Made by a program: the position numbers and the translations under genes. A stretch of 64,000 nt of DNA. Origin: Bacteroidota bacterium. Lineage in GTDB: Bacteria > Bacteroidota > Bacteroidia > UKL13-3. Position 1 is the first letter of the stretch, and every line of letters begins with the position of its first letter. The notes beneath the pieces were generated by a model. That model had not been told where the DNA came from and searched no databases. It worked only from the letters and a program-made list of their open reading frames with translations. The stretch lies in NCBI GenBank assembly GCA_027488905.1, contig JAIYAT010000025.1, forward strand, positions 14,139-78,138, read 5' to 3'. Shown one piece after another: positions 55,650 to 64,000 of the stretch.

Positions 55650-56696
55650 CTAATCTATCCAGTCACAAATGAAGAGATTGGTATCTCTTGTACCGCCATT
55701 GTTGCGGTTACTGCTGAAGATTAGTTTAGAACCGTCTGGCGAAAACATCGGAAATGCATTAAATAAACTATTATTAGTAATTCGCTCTAAACCTGTACCG
55801 TCATCATTAATTATGTATAACTGAAAATCATACCCTTTTACACTATGATGGTTGCTGCTAAAGATAATTTTATTGCCAGAAGGATGAAAGAATGGAGCCC
55901 AATTTGCTTTTCCTAAGTTTGTAATTTGTTTTAACTCACCTCCATCAATGTTACATGTATAAAGTTCCATGTTGGTTGGAGCAACTAAGCCTTGTTTTAA
56001 AAGGTCTTTATAATCCTTTATTTCTGCCTCTGTTTTTGGTCGGCTTGCCCTAAATACCAATCGTTTGCTGTCTGGTGAAAAAAAAGCGCCACCATCATAC
56101 CCTAAACCTGTCGTAATCTGTTTTACATGGTTCCCTTCAATGTCAGAAATGTATAAATCCAAATCTCCATTGCGGGTGCTGGTAAAAACAATCATTTTGC
56201 CATCTGGACTTATAGTTGCTTCTGCATCATATCCTGAGGTATTGGTAATTTGCTTTTTGATATTGCCTTTTTCATCTGCCACAAAAATATCGAACTCAGG
56301 GTAAATCGCCCATAAGTATCTGCCTGTGCTCATTGGGTCTGGTGGGCAAGTTTGATGCTTCAGGTGGGTAGAAGCATAAATAATATCATTATTGTTTGGC
56401 ATGTAATAGCTACAAGTAGTTCTGCCTTTTCCTGTGCTAATCATCTGAGCCTTTCCGTTTGAATCTAGTATTGGTTCAGCCAAATTCATATAAAAAATTT
56501 GATCGCATTTTAACCCCCATTTTTTATTGTTACTTTGGAAGCTGATTTTATCTCCATTCGGACTAAAATACGCTTCTGCATTGTCGCCTCCAAAGGTGAT
56601 TTGTTTAATGTTTCCTAAATGTTTTTCTTCATTTTGAGCTTGGGTCAAGCCGAAAAATAAAAATAAAGCTGTAATTAATAGAGTAAGTTTTTTCAT
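55650..56696 (-). CDS. TolB-like PD40/WD40 beta-propeller protein (secreted)
   Basis: 348 aa with a signal peptide and repeated FSPDG/ISPDG/FSPDS...IVF/LVF motifs. Confidence 0.82.
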   Translation of the reverse strand: MKKLTLLITALFLFFGLTQAQNEEKHLGNIKQITFGGDNAEAYFSPNGDKISFQSNNKKWGLKCDQIFYMNLAEPILDSNGKAQMISTGKGRTTCSYYMPNNNDIIYASTHLKHQTCPPDPMSTGRYLWAIYPEFDIFVADEKGNIKKQITNTSGYDAEATISPDGKMIVFTSTRNGDLDLYISDIEGNHVKQITTGLGYDGGAFFSPDSKRLVFRASRPKTEAEIKDYKDLLKQGLVAPTNMELYTCNIDGGELKQITNLGKANWAPFFHPSGNKIIFSSNHHSVKGYDFQLYIINDDGTGLERITNNSLFNAFPMFSPDGSKLIFSSNRNNGGTRDTNLFICDWID

Positions 56697-56701
56697 ACGA
56701 G

Positions 56702-57697
56702 TTATAATCTTTGAGTCTCAAATTTTGGAGCGCCTTTCACGCCTTGTTCATCATAAAAATCGATGAACCTAAGTTTGTAATAAAAGCCTTTAGTGTCTTT
56801 AATAATATAAGTATATTTTCTAACAACATCATATCGGTTCAAATCGAAATCATATCTTTTCCAATCAAATCCAATAACATCTTTTCTGTTGGTAAATTCA
56901 AATTCTTTCAGTGTTTCAGCCGTAATATTTTCAAAGCCAATGGTACTATCTTTTGCACATATAACTTTGTTTGGGTTTAGTATCACTCCGGTGACGCTGT
57001 ATGGAGTTATTGGCGACATATTGTAATACACGTGTCTATACCTAGTAAAAAGAATATCCCAATTTTCTCTATCTGGCTCTAAGTCTATTATTTTGTTGGG
57101 GTCATCAAAATTAATGTAGCTGTAGTTACGGTTTGCAATTTTGGGTACTGCATATTCATGCGCATCACTTCCGTCTAAATTAGCAAATAGAAAAGTATAA
57201 CCTGAAGGATTTACTGTTAAGAATTTCAGTTTTTTATATCTTGGATTTGCTGTTTGTCCGCGGTCTATCAAATAAACGTAACCATGACATTTGCGACTTA
57301 ATGAATCGTACCAGTCACCAAAAGCTGTGCCTTTCCATTCTCCTGCGGGGTTGTCATATTCCCATTCAACGCCAGCTAGAGTTGGAATTTCGCTAAAGTC
57401 TTTTGTGCCTGTATTGGCAACTTGAACCTCTTTTCCGCCATTTATTTTTACTATATATCCATTTGGGTTGCAATCAAATCCCAGGTCCCAGGCCATAAAA
57501 TCATTTGCTTTTATTGCGCCATCTCTTAGGGTAAAAAATAACTGTGTGGTATAATCTCTGCCAAGTCTAACTGTATAATTTTTTACATCACCTTTGGAAG
57601 TTGGCAGAATAAGTGCTTCTTCTTTTTTCTCGCAAGCACTAAGTAAAATTACTAAGTTAATAGCTATAAGGCTCGTATTGAATTTAAAGTTTTTCAA
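56702..57697 (-). CDS. HmuY-like lipoprotein
   Basis: 331 aa with lipobox LVILLSAC and WDLGF and WDILFTRY motifs of the kind seen in HmuY-family proteins. Immediately downstream of a TonB-dependent receptor. Confidence 0.6.
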   Translation of the reverse strand: MKNFKFNTSLIAINLVILLSACEKKEEALILPTSKGDVKNYTVRLGRDYTTQLFFTLRDGAIKANDFMAWDLGFDCNPNGYIVKINGGKEVQVANTGTKDFSEIPTLAGVEWEYDNPAGEWKGTAFGDWYDSLSRKCHGYVYLIDRGQTANPRYKKLKFLTVNPSGYTFLFANLDGSDAHEYAVPKIANRNYSYINFDDPNKIIDLEPDRENWDILFTRYRHVYYNMSPITPYSVTGVILNPNKVICAKDSTIGFENITAETLKEFEFTNRKDVIGFDWKRYDFDLNRYDVVRKYTYIIKDTKGFYYKLRFIDFYDEQGVKGAPKFETQRL

Positions 57698-57701
57698 GTA
57701 T

Positions 57702-59972
57702 TTACAATGTTAAGGTCATTTGAATAAAATAACTAATACCCCAGCTAACTGGCATCATATTCCCTCCGCCATGCACAGCGCCGCCCCCAGCTGCATTATT
57801 AAGATTTGTAACGTTCAAAATGTTTTTAGCACCTGCCGTTAAAGCTATCTTATTTTTGTAAAAAGATTTGCCTGCACTGGCATCTAATAAACTAAAAGGG
57901 TCAATTATACCTTGTTCAACTTCATTATTTTGGTTCAAGAAATAGCTAGGAAGTGCGCCATTGTACTTTCCAAAAATATTTATTTGTGTTGTTATTTTTG
58001 GAACCAAATAACCAATGTTTAATCTTAATTCTGGCGAATAAGAATAGGCATCTAAATTTGGAATTGTGTTGCTTAAAATGTTATATCTAGCGCTATAAGT
58101 AAATCCTCCAACAAGGCTAAGTGTATTGTATTTAAATTCTCCCTGAACATTTAAACCATAAGTTTTATAGGTATCTATATTAACATAGGTGTATAAAGGT
58201 GGGGTAGCATTAACATCAATCACTGCCAAGCTAATCATGTTATAAATATGATTAAAGAAAATTGAAGATTCAATGCCAATAATATGTTTTGTATAGGCTT
58301 TTCGTCCGCTTAAAACCATATTGAAGTTATGAGAATTTTCTGCTTTTAAGTTCTGATTGCCTTGGATACTATGGTTAAAATCAAAGAAGAATAAGTTTAA
58401 TTCTTTTAGTGAAGGTGCCCTAAATCCATTTCCATAAGATGCTCTTAGTGTCCAAACGGGCGAGAGGTCGTATTTAATATTTAAGGAAGGTACCAATGGC
58501 GCATTAAATCTGCTGTTATAAGCAAGCCTTGCTGCAGGCATAATTTTTAGTCTTGCAATTGGTTTCAATTCCATGCTTAAAAAGGTGGCAGCGTCCACAA
58601 CAGAAGGATTTCCAGACATGCGGTCGCCACTGCCAATTTCATAAACAATATCATAACCTAATTGGTAATTTAACTTTTGATGTTGCTTAGTGCTGTAAGT
58701 TCCTCTAAAGTTAAAATTGCTAAAACTTATTTTGCTTTGGTCATCTTCTACTGGAATGAGTTTTTCATTAAGGGTAACTAGGTCTTTTCTGTATAAAGAT
58801 TTAGTTCTGTCAAACCAAGAATAGGCATTAATAAGATTAAGATTAGCTTTGCTTTTGAATTTTAGGTTCAAAAAAACATAGTTGTTAATTCTTTTGGTAG
58901 CATAATAATCATCAAAGGCATAGGCATCGTAGCTTGTTATAGTTGGAAGGCCTTTGTTAGTTACATTTTCATCAAAATAGGCAGATTGATAGGTGATATT
59001 CCCGTTTTTAAAAGTATAGGTATAGTTTAAATCAGCAAAATATTGCTCCTTAGGAAGCCATTGTTGTTTGCGTTCATAAAATCTTTCATAACCTTTTACA
59101 ATTGCTGGTGTGGCAATATTTTGATCGTAGTATTGTGAACTAGTATAGCCGTCAAAATAATTTCTTCCAAGCCCAAGTTTAATGGCATGTTCATTTTTGC
59201 GCATACCTAAACTAGTATTTAGGTTGTATTGTCCAACACTTTCATAATAGGATTGCAAACTGCTGGTAAAATTTGCTTTTCCTTGTTTCTTACTAATCAG
59301 GTTTATGACACCTCCTAATGCATCTGTTCCATAAACAACGCTCATTGGGCCTTCAATAATCTCAACTCGTTCGATATTGTTAAGATTAATTTGGCTCAAA
59401 TCTATATTGCCATTTACTCTGCCTACGACTGGTACGCCATCAATAAGAATTTTTATATTTTGACCCGAGATGCCTTGAAGGGATAATCCAGAGCCCAGAA
59501 TATTATCTTGTGAAATCCGAACATTAAGTTCATTCGCGAGCAGGTCTTTTAAATTAACGGCACCTTGGGCTTGAATTCTTTTTTGGTCAATAATTCTAAC
59601 TTTTTGAAGCGATTGTTGCGTGCTAGTTTTCTCATATTCCCCAGTGATAACAAACTCTTCCAAATCATTTGGCATCTCATTTAATGCCAAAGTTTGATTT
59701 GAACCTGGAGCTAAAGATATTTTTTTGAGTTCAAAACCGATTTTTTTTACGGTAACTTCATAAGTACCACCAGCTGGTATTTGTGCCTTTCCAGCCAAAT
59801 CGGTGTACATTATTTCTGTTCTGTTTTTGCAAGGTCCTTCAATGCATTTTACATAAACCATGGCACCTTCAAGCGGCTTTCCAGATTTCTGTAAAACCAA
59901 TAAAACACTTTGTGCCCTTAATTGCGTAAAGGCACAAAGTGATAAAAACATTATGATTCGAAATATCTTCAA
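57702..59972 (-). CDS. TonB-dependent outer-membrane receptor with an N-terminal carboxypeptidase-regulatory-like domain
   Basis: 756 aa. Signal peptide, plug (EEFVITGE..., GPMSVVYGTDALGGVINLI), a long beta-barrel and an aromatic-rich C-terminus. Confidence 0.9.
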   Translation of the reverse strand: MKIFRIIMFLSLCAFTQLRAQSVLLVLQKSGKPLEGAMVYVKCIEGPCKNRTEIMYTDLAGKAQIPAGGTYEVTVKKIGFELKKISLAPGSNQTLALNEMPNDLEEFVITGEYEKTSTQQSLQKVRIIDQKRIQAQGAVNLKDLLANELNVRISQDNILGSGLSLQGISGQNIKILIDGVPVVGRVNGNIDLSQINLNNIERVEIIEGPMSVVYGTDALGGVINLISKKQGKANFTSSLQSYYESVGQYNLNTSLGMRKNEHAIKLGLGRNYFDGYTSSQYYDQNIATPAIVKGYERFYERKQQWLPKEQYFADLNYTYTFKNGNITYQSAYFDENVTNKGLPTITSYDAYAFDDYYATKRINNYVFLNLKFKSKANLNLINAYSWFDRTKSLYRKDLVTLNEKLIPVEDDQSKISFSNFNFRGTYSTKQHQKLNYQLGYDIVYEIGSGDRMSGNPSVVDAATFLSMELKPIARLKIMPAARLAYNSRFNAPLVPSLNIKYDLSPVWTLRASYGNGFRAPSLKELNLFFFDFNHSIQGNQNLKAENSHNFNMVLSGRKAYTKHIIGIESSIFFNHIYNMISLAVIDVNATPPLYTYVNIDTYKTYGLNVQGEFKYNTLSLVGGFTYSARYNILSNTIPNLDAYSYSPELRLNIGYLVPKITTQINIFGKYNGALPSYFLNQNNEVEQGIIDPFSLLDASAGKSFYKNKIALTAGAKNILNVTNLNNAAGGGAVHGGGNMMPVSWGISYFIQMTLTL

Positions 59973-59982
59973 TTCTTAACGC

Positions 59983-61218
59983 TTAACGAGCAATTATAAT
60001 TCTGCTTACAGCGCTGTATCCAGCACTTTCAAGATTTACAATGTAAACTCCTTCATTAAGATTTTGAACAGATAATTGTAATTCTTGCATGCCTTTCACA
60101 ACATTAAAGTTTTGTTCAGCTACTAATCGGCCGTTTAAATCTAAAACACGTAAAGTGGCTGAGTTTAATTCTTGGTTATCTAAAACAACTTGCAGGTAAT
60201 CGCTTGTTGGGTTAGGATAAACAGCTAATTTAGCTATGGTTTTTTGGGTTTGATCCAACAAGCCTACCGTAAATAATTTTTGCTTGTTGAAATATGATTT
60301 TCCAGAACCAGAGCCACTAAAGCCCGTAAACCATACTTTCCAAATATCACCATTTTTGGCCTTTACAAAATAAACTGTAGAATCTGCAATTTTCCATTGA
60401 AAGGTGTTATTGTCAAATGATTTCCAATCAGCACCAATAGTCGAGATGCTTCTTGCAAATGGGTGCGAATTATAACTGGTATAATTTTCTTTGTCAACAC
60501 CTGATACCTTGCTTGCCACAACACCTCTGTTATTTAAAACACCTGTTGAAGGATAATATACTTGTTGAGAAGCTTGTAAAGAATTGTATCTTGTAAATAC
60601 GAAGTCCCAAGTTGAATCTACTGGTTCTCTGTATTCTACTGTGCCAGTAAGCAAGTTAACGTATCCAAAATTATTTGAGCGAATATTGGTATGCAGAATG
60701 GTAAGTGTGGTATCTAAAGTTGGGGTTCCAATTCTGATTTTCCAATTACCATAATCTTTTTCAATTACCCAAAGTTTAATCCAATTATTACCTTGTTTAA
60801 TAAAAAATAATGAATCTCCTGTAACTTTATGGGTAATGGTATTGTAGCTTCCCCAGCTGCAATAAGGGCTATCAAAAGTTCTATTAAATGCACCAATATC
60901 CCAGCTGGTGTCTGTGTTAAATACCTCGGTAGTTGCGCTGCTGCTGTCTAAGGTTTTCCATGCACTTGTGTCTTTATTGGTTAAAAAACCTCTGGTTGCA
61001 TTGGTTGAATTGATAAAAATACCATCGCTTATAAATCCGCTTCTAAAAGCCAAGTGCCAATTATTGTTGGGGGCTTCAGCTACCTTGCCATTTTTTAAAC
61101 TGTAAAAAATATCTTTACCATAGCCAGGGCCCATGGTAGCAGAATCACTTACAATAGTTTGAGCGAGATTTATTTGGGTAGAAAAGGCTAATGAAAGAAG
61201 AAGTATTAGTTTTTTCAT
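59983..61218 (-). CDS. HmuY-like protein carrying a T9SS C-terminal sorting domain
   Basis: Signal peptide MKKLILLLSLAFSTQINLAQ from the ATG at 61218 (an upstream ATG exists at 61260). NNWHLAF and WDFVFTRY motifs. C-terminal LAVYPNPTSDYLQV...GVYIVNL matches the T9SS CTD pattern. Confidence 0.65.
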   Translation of the reverse strand: MKKLILLLSLAFSTQINLAQTIVSDSATMGPGYGKDIFYSLKNGKVAEAPNNNWHLAFRSGFISDGIFINSTNATRGFLTNKDTSAWKTLDSSSATTEVFNTDTSWDIGAFNRTFDSPYCSWGSYNTITHKVTGDSLFFIKQGNNWIKLWVIEKDYGNWKIRIGTPTLDTTLTILHTNIRSNNFGYVNLLTGTVEYREPVDSTWDFVFTRYNSLQASQQVYYPSTGVLNNRGVVASKVSGVDKENYTSYNSHPFARSISTIGADWKSFDNNTFQWKIADSTVYFVKAKNGDIWKVWFTGFSGSGSGKSYFNKQKLFTVGLLDQTQKTIAKLAVYPNPTSDYLQVVLDNQELNSATLRVLDLNGRLVAEQNFNVVKGMQELQLSVQNLNEGVYIVNLESAGYSAVSRIIIAR

Positions 61219-61437
61219 TTTTAATTTTTTGTGTGTGCAAAGAAATATCCTTCCTTTCATATGAACACCTAACTTTTATCATGTTTTTGGTTTGTGACAT
61301 TATTTTGACTTTTCAGTATTTTCAAGGTTTTACAAGGTTTTTACGGTAGGGTTCAAACAATATTATTGATTTGTTATAGCGATAAATTTGTTAAACCAAA
61401 AGGATTAAGTAGTAATATTGCCATTAAATATTCTTAT

Positions 61438-62634
61438 ATGAAATCTGTTTACATTGTAGATGCTGTGCGCACGCCCATTGGAAAGTTTGGTGGTTCTTTA
61501 AGTACAATTCGCCCAGACGATTTAGCGGCTTTGGTAATAAAAGCCTTAGTGGAAAGAAATCCAGGCATAGACGTGAATCAAATAGAGGATGTAATTTTGG
61601 GTGCTGCTAATCAGGCAGGTGAAGATAACAGAGATGTTGCCCGAATGGCTTTATTATTAGCTGGGTTGCCCACTAGTATTGGTGGTAATACTGTAAATAG
61701 ACTTTGTGCCAGTGGTTTGCAAAGTATCATGGATGCTTCTCGGGCCTTGGAGGTTGGTGATGGCGAAATTTATATTGCTGGGGGCGTAGAAAGTATGACA
61801 CGTGCTCCATTTGTAATGGCAAAGGCAGATACCGCCTTTAGCAGAACGCCAGAAATTTATGATACTACCATAGGCTGGCGCTTCACTAACAAAGCTCTTT
61901 CTGCATTGTATCATCCATATAGCATGGGCGAAACTGCAGAGAATGTGGCAGAACAATGGAAGGTAAGCAGAGAAGACCAAGATGCCTTTGCGTATCAATC
62001 TCAATTGAAATATCAAGCTGCCCATGATGCAGGTAAGTTTGCGGATGAAATAATTCCAGTTGCCATTCCGCAAAAAAAAGGTGATCCTAAACTATTTGAT
62101 AAAGACGAACACCCAAGGTTGAGTTCCTTAGAGGAATTGGCCAAGTTAAAACCCGCTTTTCGCAAAGACGGTTCTGTTACTGCGGGCAATGCCAGTGGCA
62201 TCAATGACGGCGCGGCAGCTTTGTTTTTAGCAAGTGAGGATGCTGTAAAACAATTCAACTTAAATCCAATTGCTAGAGTTGCGGGTAGAGGCATTGCAGG
62301 TGTTGATCCTTCTGTGATGGGGATTGGTCCAGTTCCAGCTACGCAAAAGGCTTTAAAAAGAGCAGGTATTGGTGTAAATGATTTGGGTTTAGTTGAATTA
62401 AATGAAGCTTTTGCTTCTCAAGGTTTGGCTTGTATGCGCGACCTTGGACTTAACCCAGCTATCGTAAATGTGAATGGTGGAGCAATTGCCCTTGGACATC
62501 CATTAGGTGCAAGTGGGTCTAGAATTTCTACAACCCTCTTGCACGAAATGAAAAGAAGAAATGTAAAATATGGCTTAGCAACCATGTGTATTGGCGTTGG
62601 CCAAGGTGCAGCCATTGTGTATGAGCTTTGTTAG
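61438..62634 (+). CDS. acetyl-CoA C-acyltransferase (thiolase)
   Basis: [19 protein letters not shown], active-site NRLCASGLQ, and C-terminal [14 protein letters not shown] and CIGVGQG. Confidence 0.94.
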   Translation: MKSVYIVDAVRTPIGKFGGSLSTIRPDDLAALVIKALVERNPGIDVNQIEDVILGAANQAGEDNRDVARMALLLAGLPTSIGGNTVNRLCASGLQSIMDASRALEVGDGEIYIAGGVESMTRAPFVMAKADTAFSRTPEIYDTTIGWRFTNKALSALYHPYSMGETAENVAEQWKVSREDQDAFAYQSQLKYQAAHDAGKFADEIIPVAIPQKKGDPKLFDKDEHPRLSSLEELAKLKPAFRKDGSVTAGNASGINDGAAALFLASEDAVKQFNLNPIARVAGRGIAGVDPSVMGIGPVPATQKALKRAGIGVNDLGLVELNEAFASQGLACMRDLGLNPAIVNVNGGAIALGHPLGASGSRISTTLLHEMKRRNVKYGLATMCIGVGQGAAIVYELC

Positions 62635-63095
62635 TTGGTTTCGGGTTGAACCAAGTTTAAAATAAAGTTTTTGGGTATGGTGAATTCGGGCATGCTTTGC
62701 GTCAAATTCGTGAAGCTCGTTTTTGGTTCAGCCCAATACTTTTGATTTACAACAAACTTAAATTCTACTTTTGATTTGCCTTTAAAATCAGAAAGTTTCA
62801 TGCGGTATTCATAAACCTCTCCAACTTTTGTCATTTGATAGTTTTTTGCCGTTGTCATCCAACTATTAAATTCTCCGCACAAAGTAACTTCCTTAACCTT
62901 TACGTTATTTTTACTGCGCCACATGCCATAGGAGGTAATAAAATCGCTATGTTCGTTTGGGTTAAAGACAAAAACAACTTCGTCTTTCTCTAGGCGATAA
63001 CCGCCAATTTTTTGTGTAGCAGAAGTGTCTGTAGATTGTGCTTTTAATCCAATTAAACTTCCAAGAAGGAATAAGGTGCTCAGTATTTTTTTCAT
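62631..63095 (-). CDS. secreted protein with a CBM48/AMPK-beta-like (E-set) domain
   Basis: 154 aa with a signal peptide. [10 protein letters not shown]...YEYRMKL...[13 protein letters not shown] resembles the glycogen-binding-domain consensus. Confidence 0.5.
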   Translation of the reverse strand: MKKILSTLFLLGSLIGLKAQSTDTSATQKIGGYRLEKDEVVFVFNPNEHSDFITSYGMWRSKNNVKVKEVTLCGEFNSWMTTAKNYQMTKVGEVYEYRMKLSDFKGKSKVEFKFVVNQKYWAEPKTSFTNLTQSMPEFTIPKNFILNLVQPETN

Positions 63096-63304
63096 TGTTT
63101 TCTAAAATTATGGAACAAGAATAATTAATCTGTTTTTTTACAACAATTTCAAAAATGCCAATTTACATTTTTAAGCTCCCAACTTTAATTTTTGGAATGC
63201 AAAGTGAATAAACTCTTACAGAATAATTTGTATAAAGTATGCATGGATTTTGATTTTTTTAATCGAAGTTTCATTTATATTTACCTTTTCAAATGTTTAG
63301 CAAT

Positions 63305-64000
63305 ATGAATTATTTGTTTAGCAAATTAGCCTTCAAATCCCAACAATTAACAAGAAACACGCTGCTATTGGTAGTATTGTTTTCTGTAATTTCAGCTTCG
63401 GGTCAAACCGTAAAAGCTTTTAAAGAAGGGAAACTTTTTGGCATTCAATTCATAGATAATGAGGATAAAGTATTTAAGATTATTGAACCCAAATATGAAG
63501 ACCTTGCCATGATGGTTAAAATGAGCATTGGAGGTTTATATTTGGGTCAAGGGTATTTGTCGTGCAGGTTTTGGTCGGATACAGAATATATGGAAGTACC
63601 AATTGATCCAAATGATCCCACCAAAGTGGTGGTTCAAATGGAAGTGGTAGATAAAAAAGTGTATCTCCCTAAAAAACCAATTATGGCCAAACTTAATGGT
63701 AAATGGGGTTTACTCAATGAAGAGGGTATTGTTTTAAAGCCATTTGAGTATGATGAAATGCTAGACCTTAACAGGTTTAAGTGGGAAGGCATTACAGAGG
63801 AGCGTTTACCTTTATTGTTAATGACCAAAGGAAAGGAAATGTATTTAAGTGATGCGTTTGATATAACGATTATTAAACCCCAACAATTTCCAACTTACTT
63901 CGCTGGTTTAAAAAGAAAAGTTGATGCCTTAGAGCTTTTTTATTTTGGTAACTACTTGTTAGTAAATGAGGGTGGTGTTTTGGCCGACTCTATCATAAAA
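63305..64000 (+). CDS. WG-repeat (KWG) containing protein, N-terminal part; runs off the right edge
   Basis: Manual translation from the ATG at 63305 gives MNYLFSKLAFKSQQLTRNTLLLVVLFSVISASGQ..., with LNGKWGLLNEEGIVLKPFEYDEM repeats. The frame stays open to the window end. Confidence 0.7.
   Translation, partial: MNYLFSKLAFKSQQLTRNTLLLVVLFSVISASGQTVKAFKEGKLFGIQFIDNEDKVFKIIEPKYEDLAMMVKMSIGGLYLGQGYLSCRFWSDTEYMEVPIDPNDPTKVVVQMEVVDKKVYLPKKPIMAKLNGKWGLLNEEGIVLKPFEYDEMLDLNRFKWEGITEERLPLLLMTKGKEMYLSDAFDITIIKPQQFPTYFAGLKRKVDALELFYFGNYLLVNEGGVLADSIIK

Noticed and set aside
61219-61437. Cobalamin or other riboswitch upstream of the TonB-dependent receptor locus, and an FMN riboswitch near ribH (8816..8884)
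   Set aside because: There is no B12-box-like GCCACTG core and no extended conserved stems. The ribH spacer is only 69 nt and is occupied by a terminator.

Overview
The window looks like a chromosomal segment of an AT-rich Bacteroidota genome. Evidence for the phylum: the GldA/F/G gliding ABC transporter, T9SS C-terminal sorting domains, HmuY-like and TonB-dependent receptor genes, and TTG-N19-TAnnTTTG promoters in front of two tRNAs. It is densely coded (about 95 percent) and mostly housekeeping. Recognisable genes include rodA-mrdA-mreDCB, purH, purN, ribH, pdhA, recF, groES/groEL, ald, mdh, a thiolase and CoA-transferase subunit B. Signalling genes are abundant: three TPR-type sensor kinases, a further HisKA_3 kinase, five response regulators and two ECF sigma/anti-sigma pairs flanking groESL. 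Accessory content includes a type III PKS plus UbiA prenyltransferase pair, a tandem CbxX/SpoVK-type AAA+ ATPase next to tRNA-Ser, a TonB-dependent receptor locus with two HmuY-like proteins, an AlkB-like monooxygenase and several secreted proteins of unknown function. I found no transposase, integrase, CRISPR array, rRNA or recognisable defence system. The most unusual signal is at nucleotide level. The 10-mer GGTTTGAACC (with the one-base variant GGGTTGAACC) occurs 18 times in unrelated genes and spacers, with conserved asymmetric flanks, and extends to an identical 21-mer in two unrelated genes. That pattern suggests a genome-wide signal word (uptake-sequence-like, Chi-like or KOPS-like). 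I know of no such word described for this phylum. All functional calls rest on my reading of the supplied translations and remembered family motifs; no database search was run.
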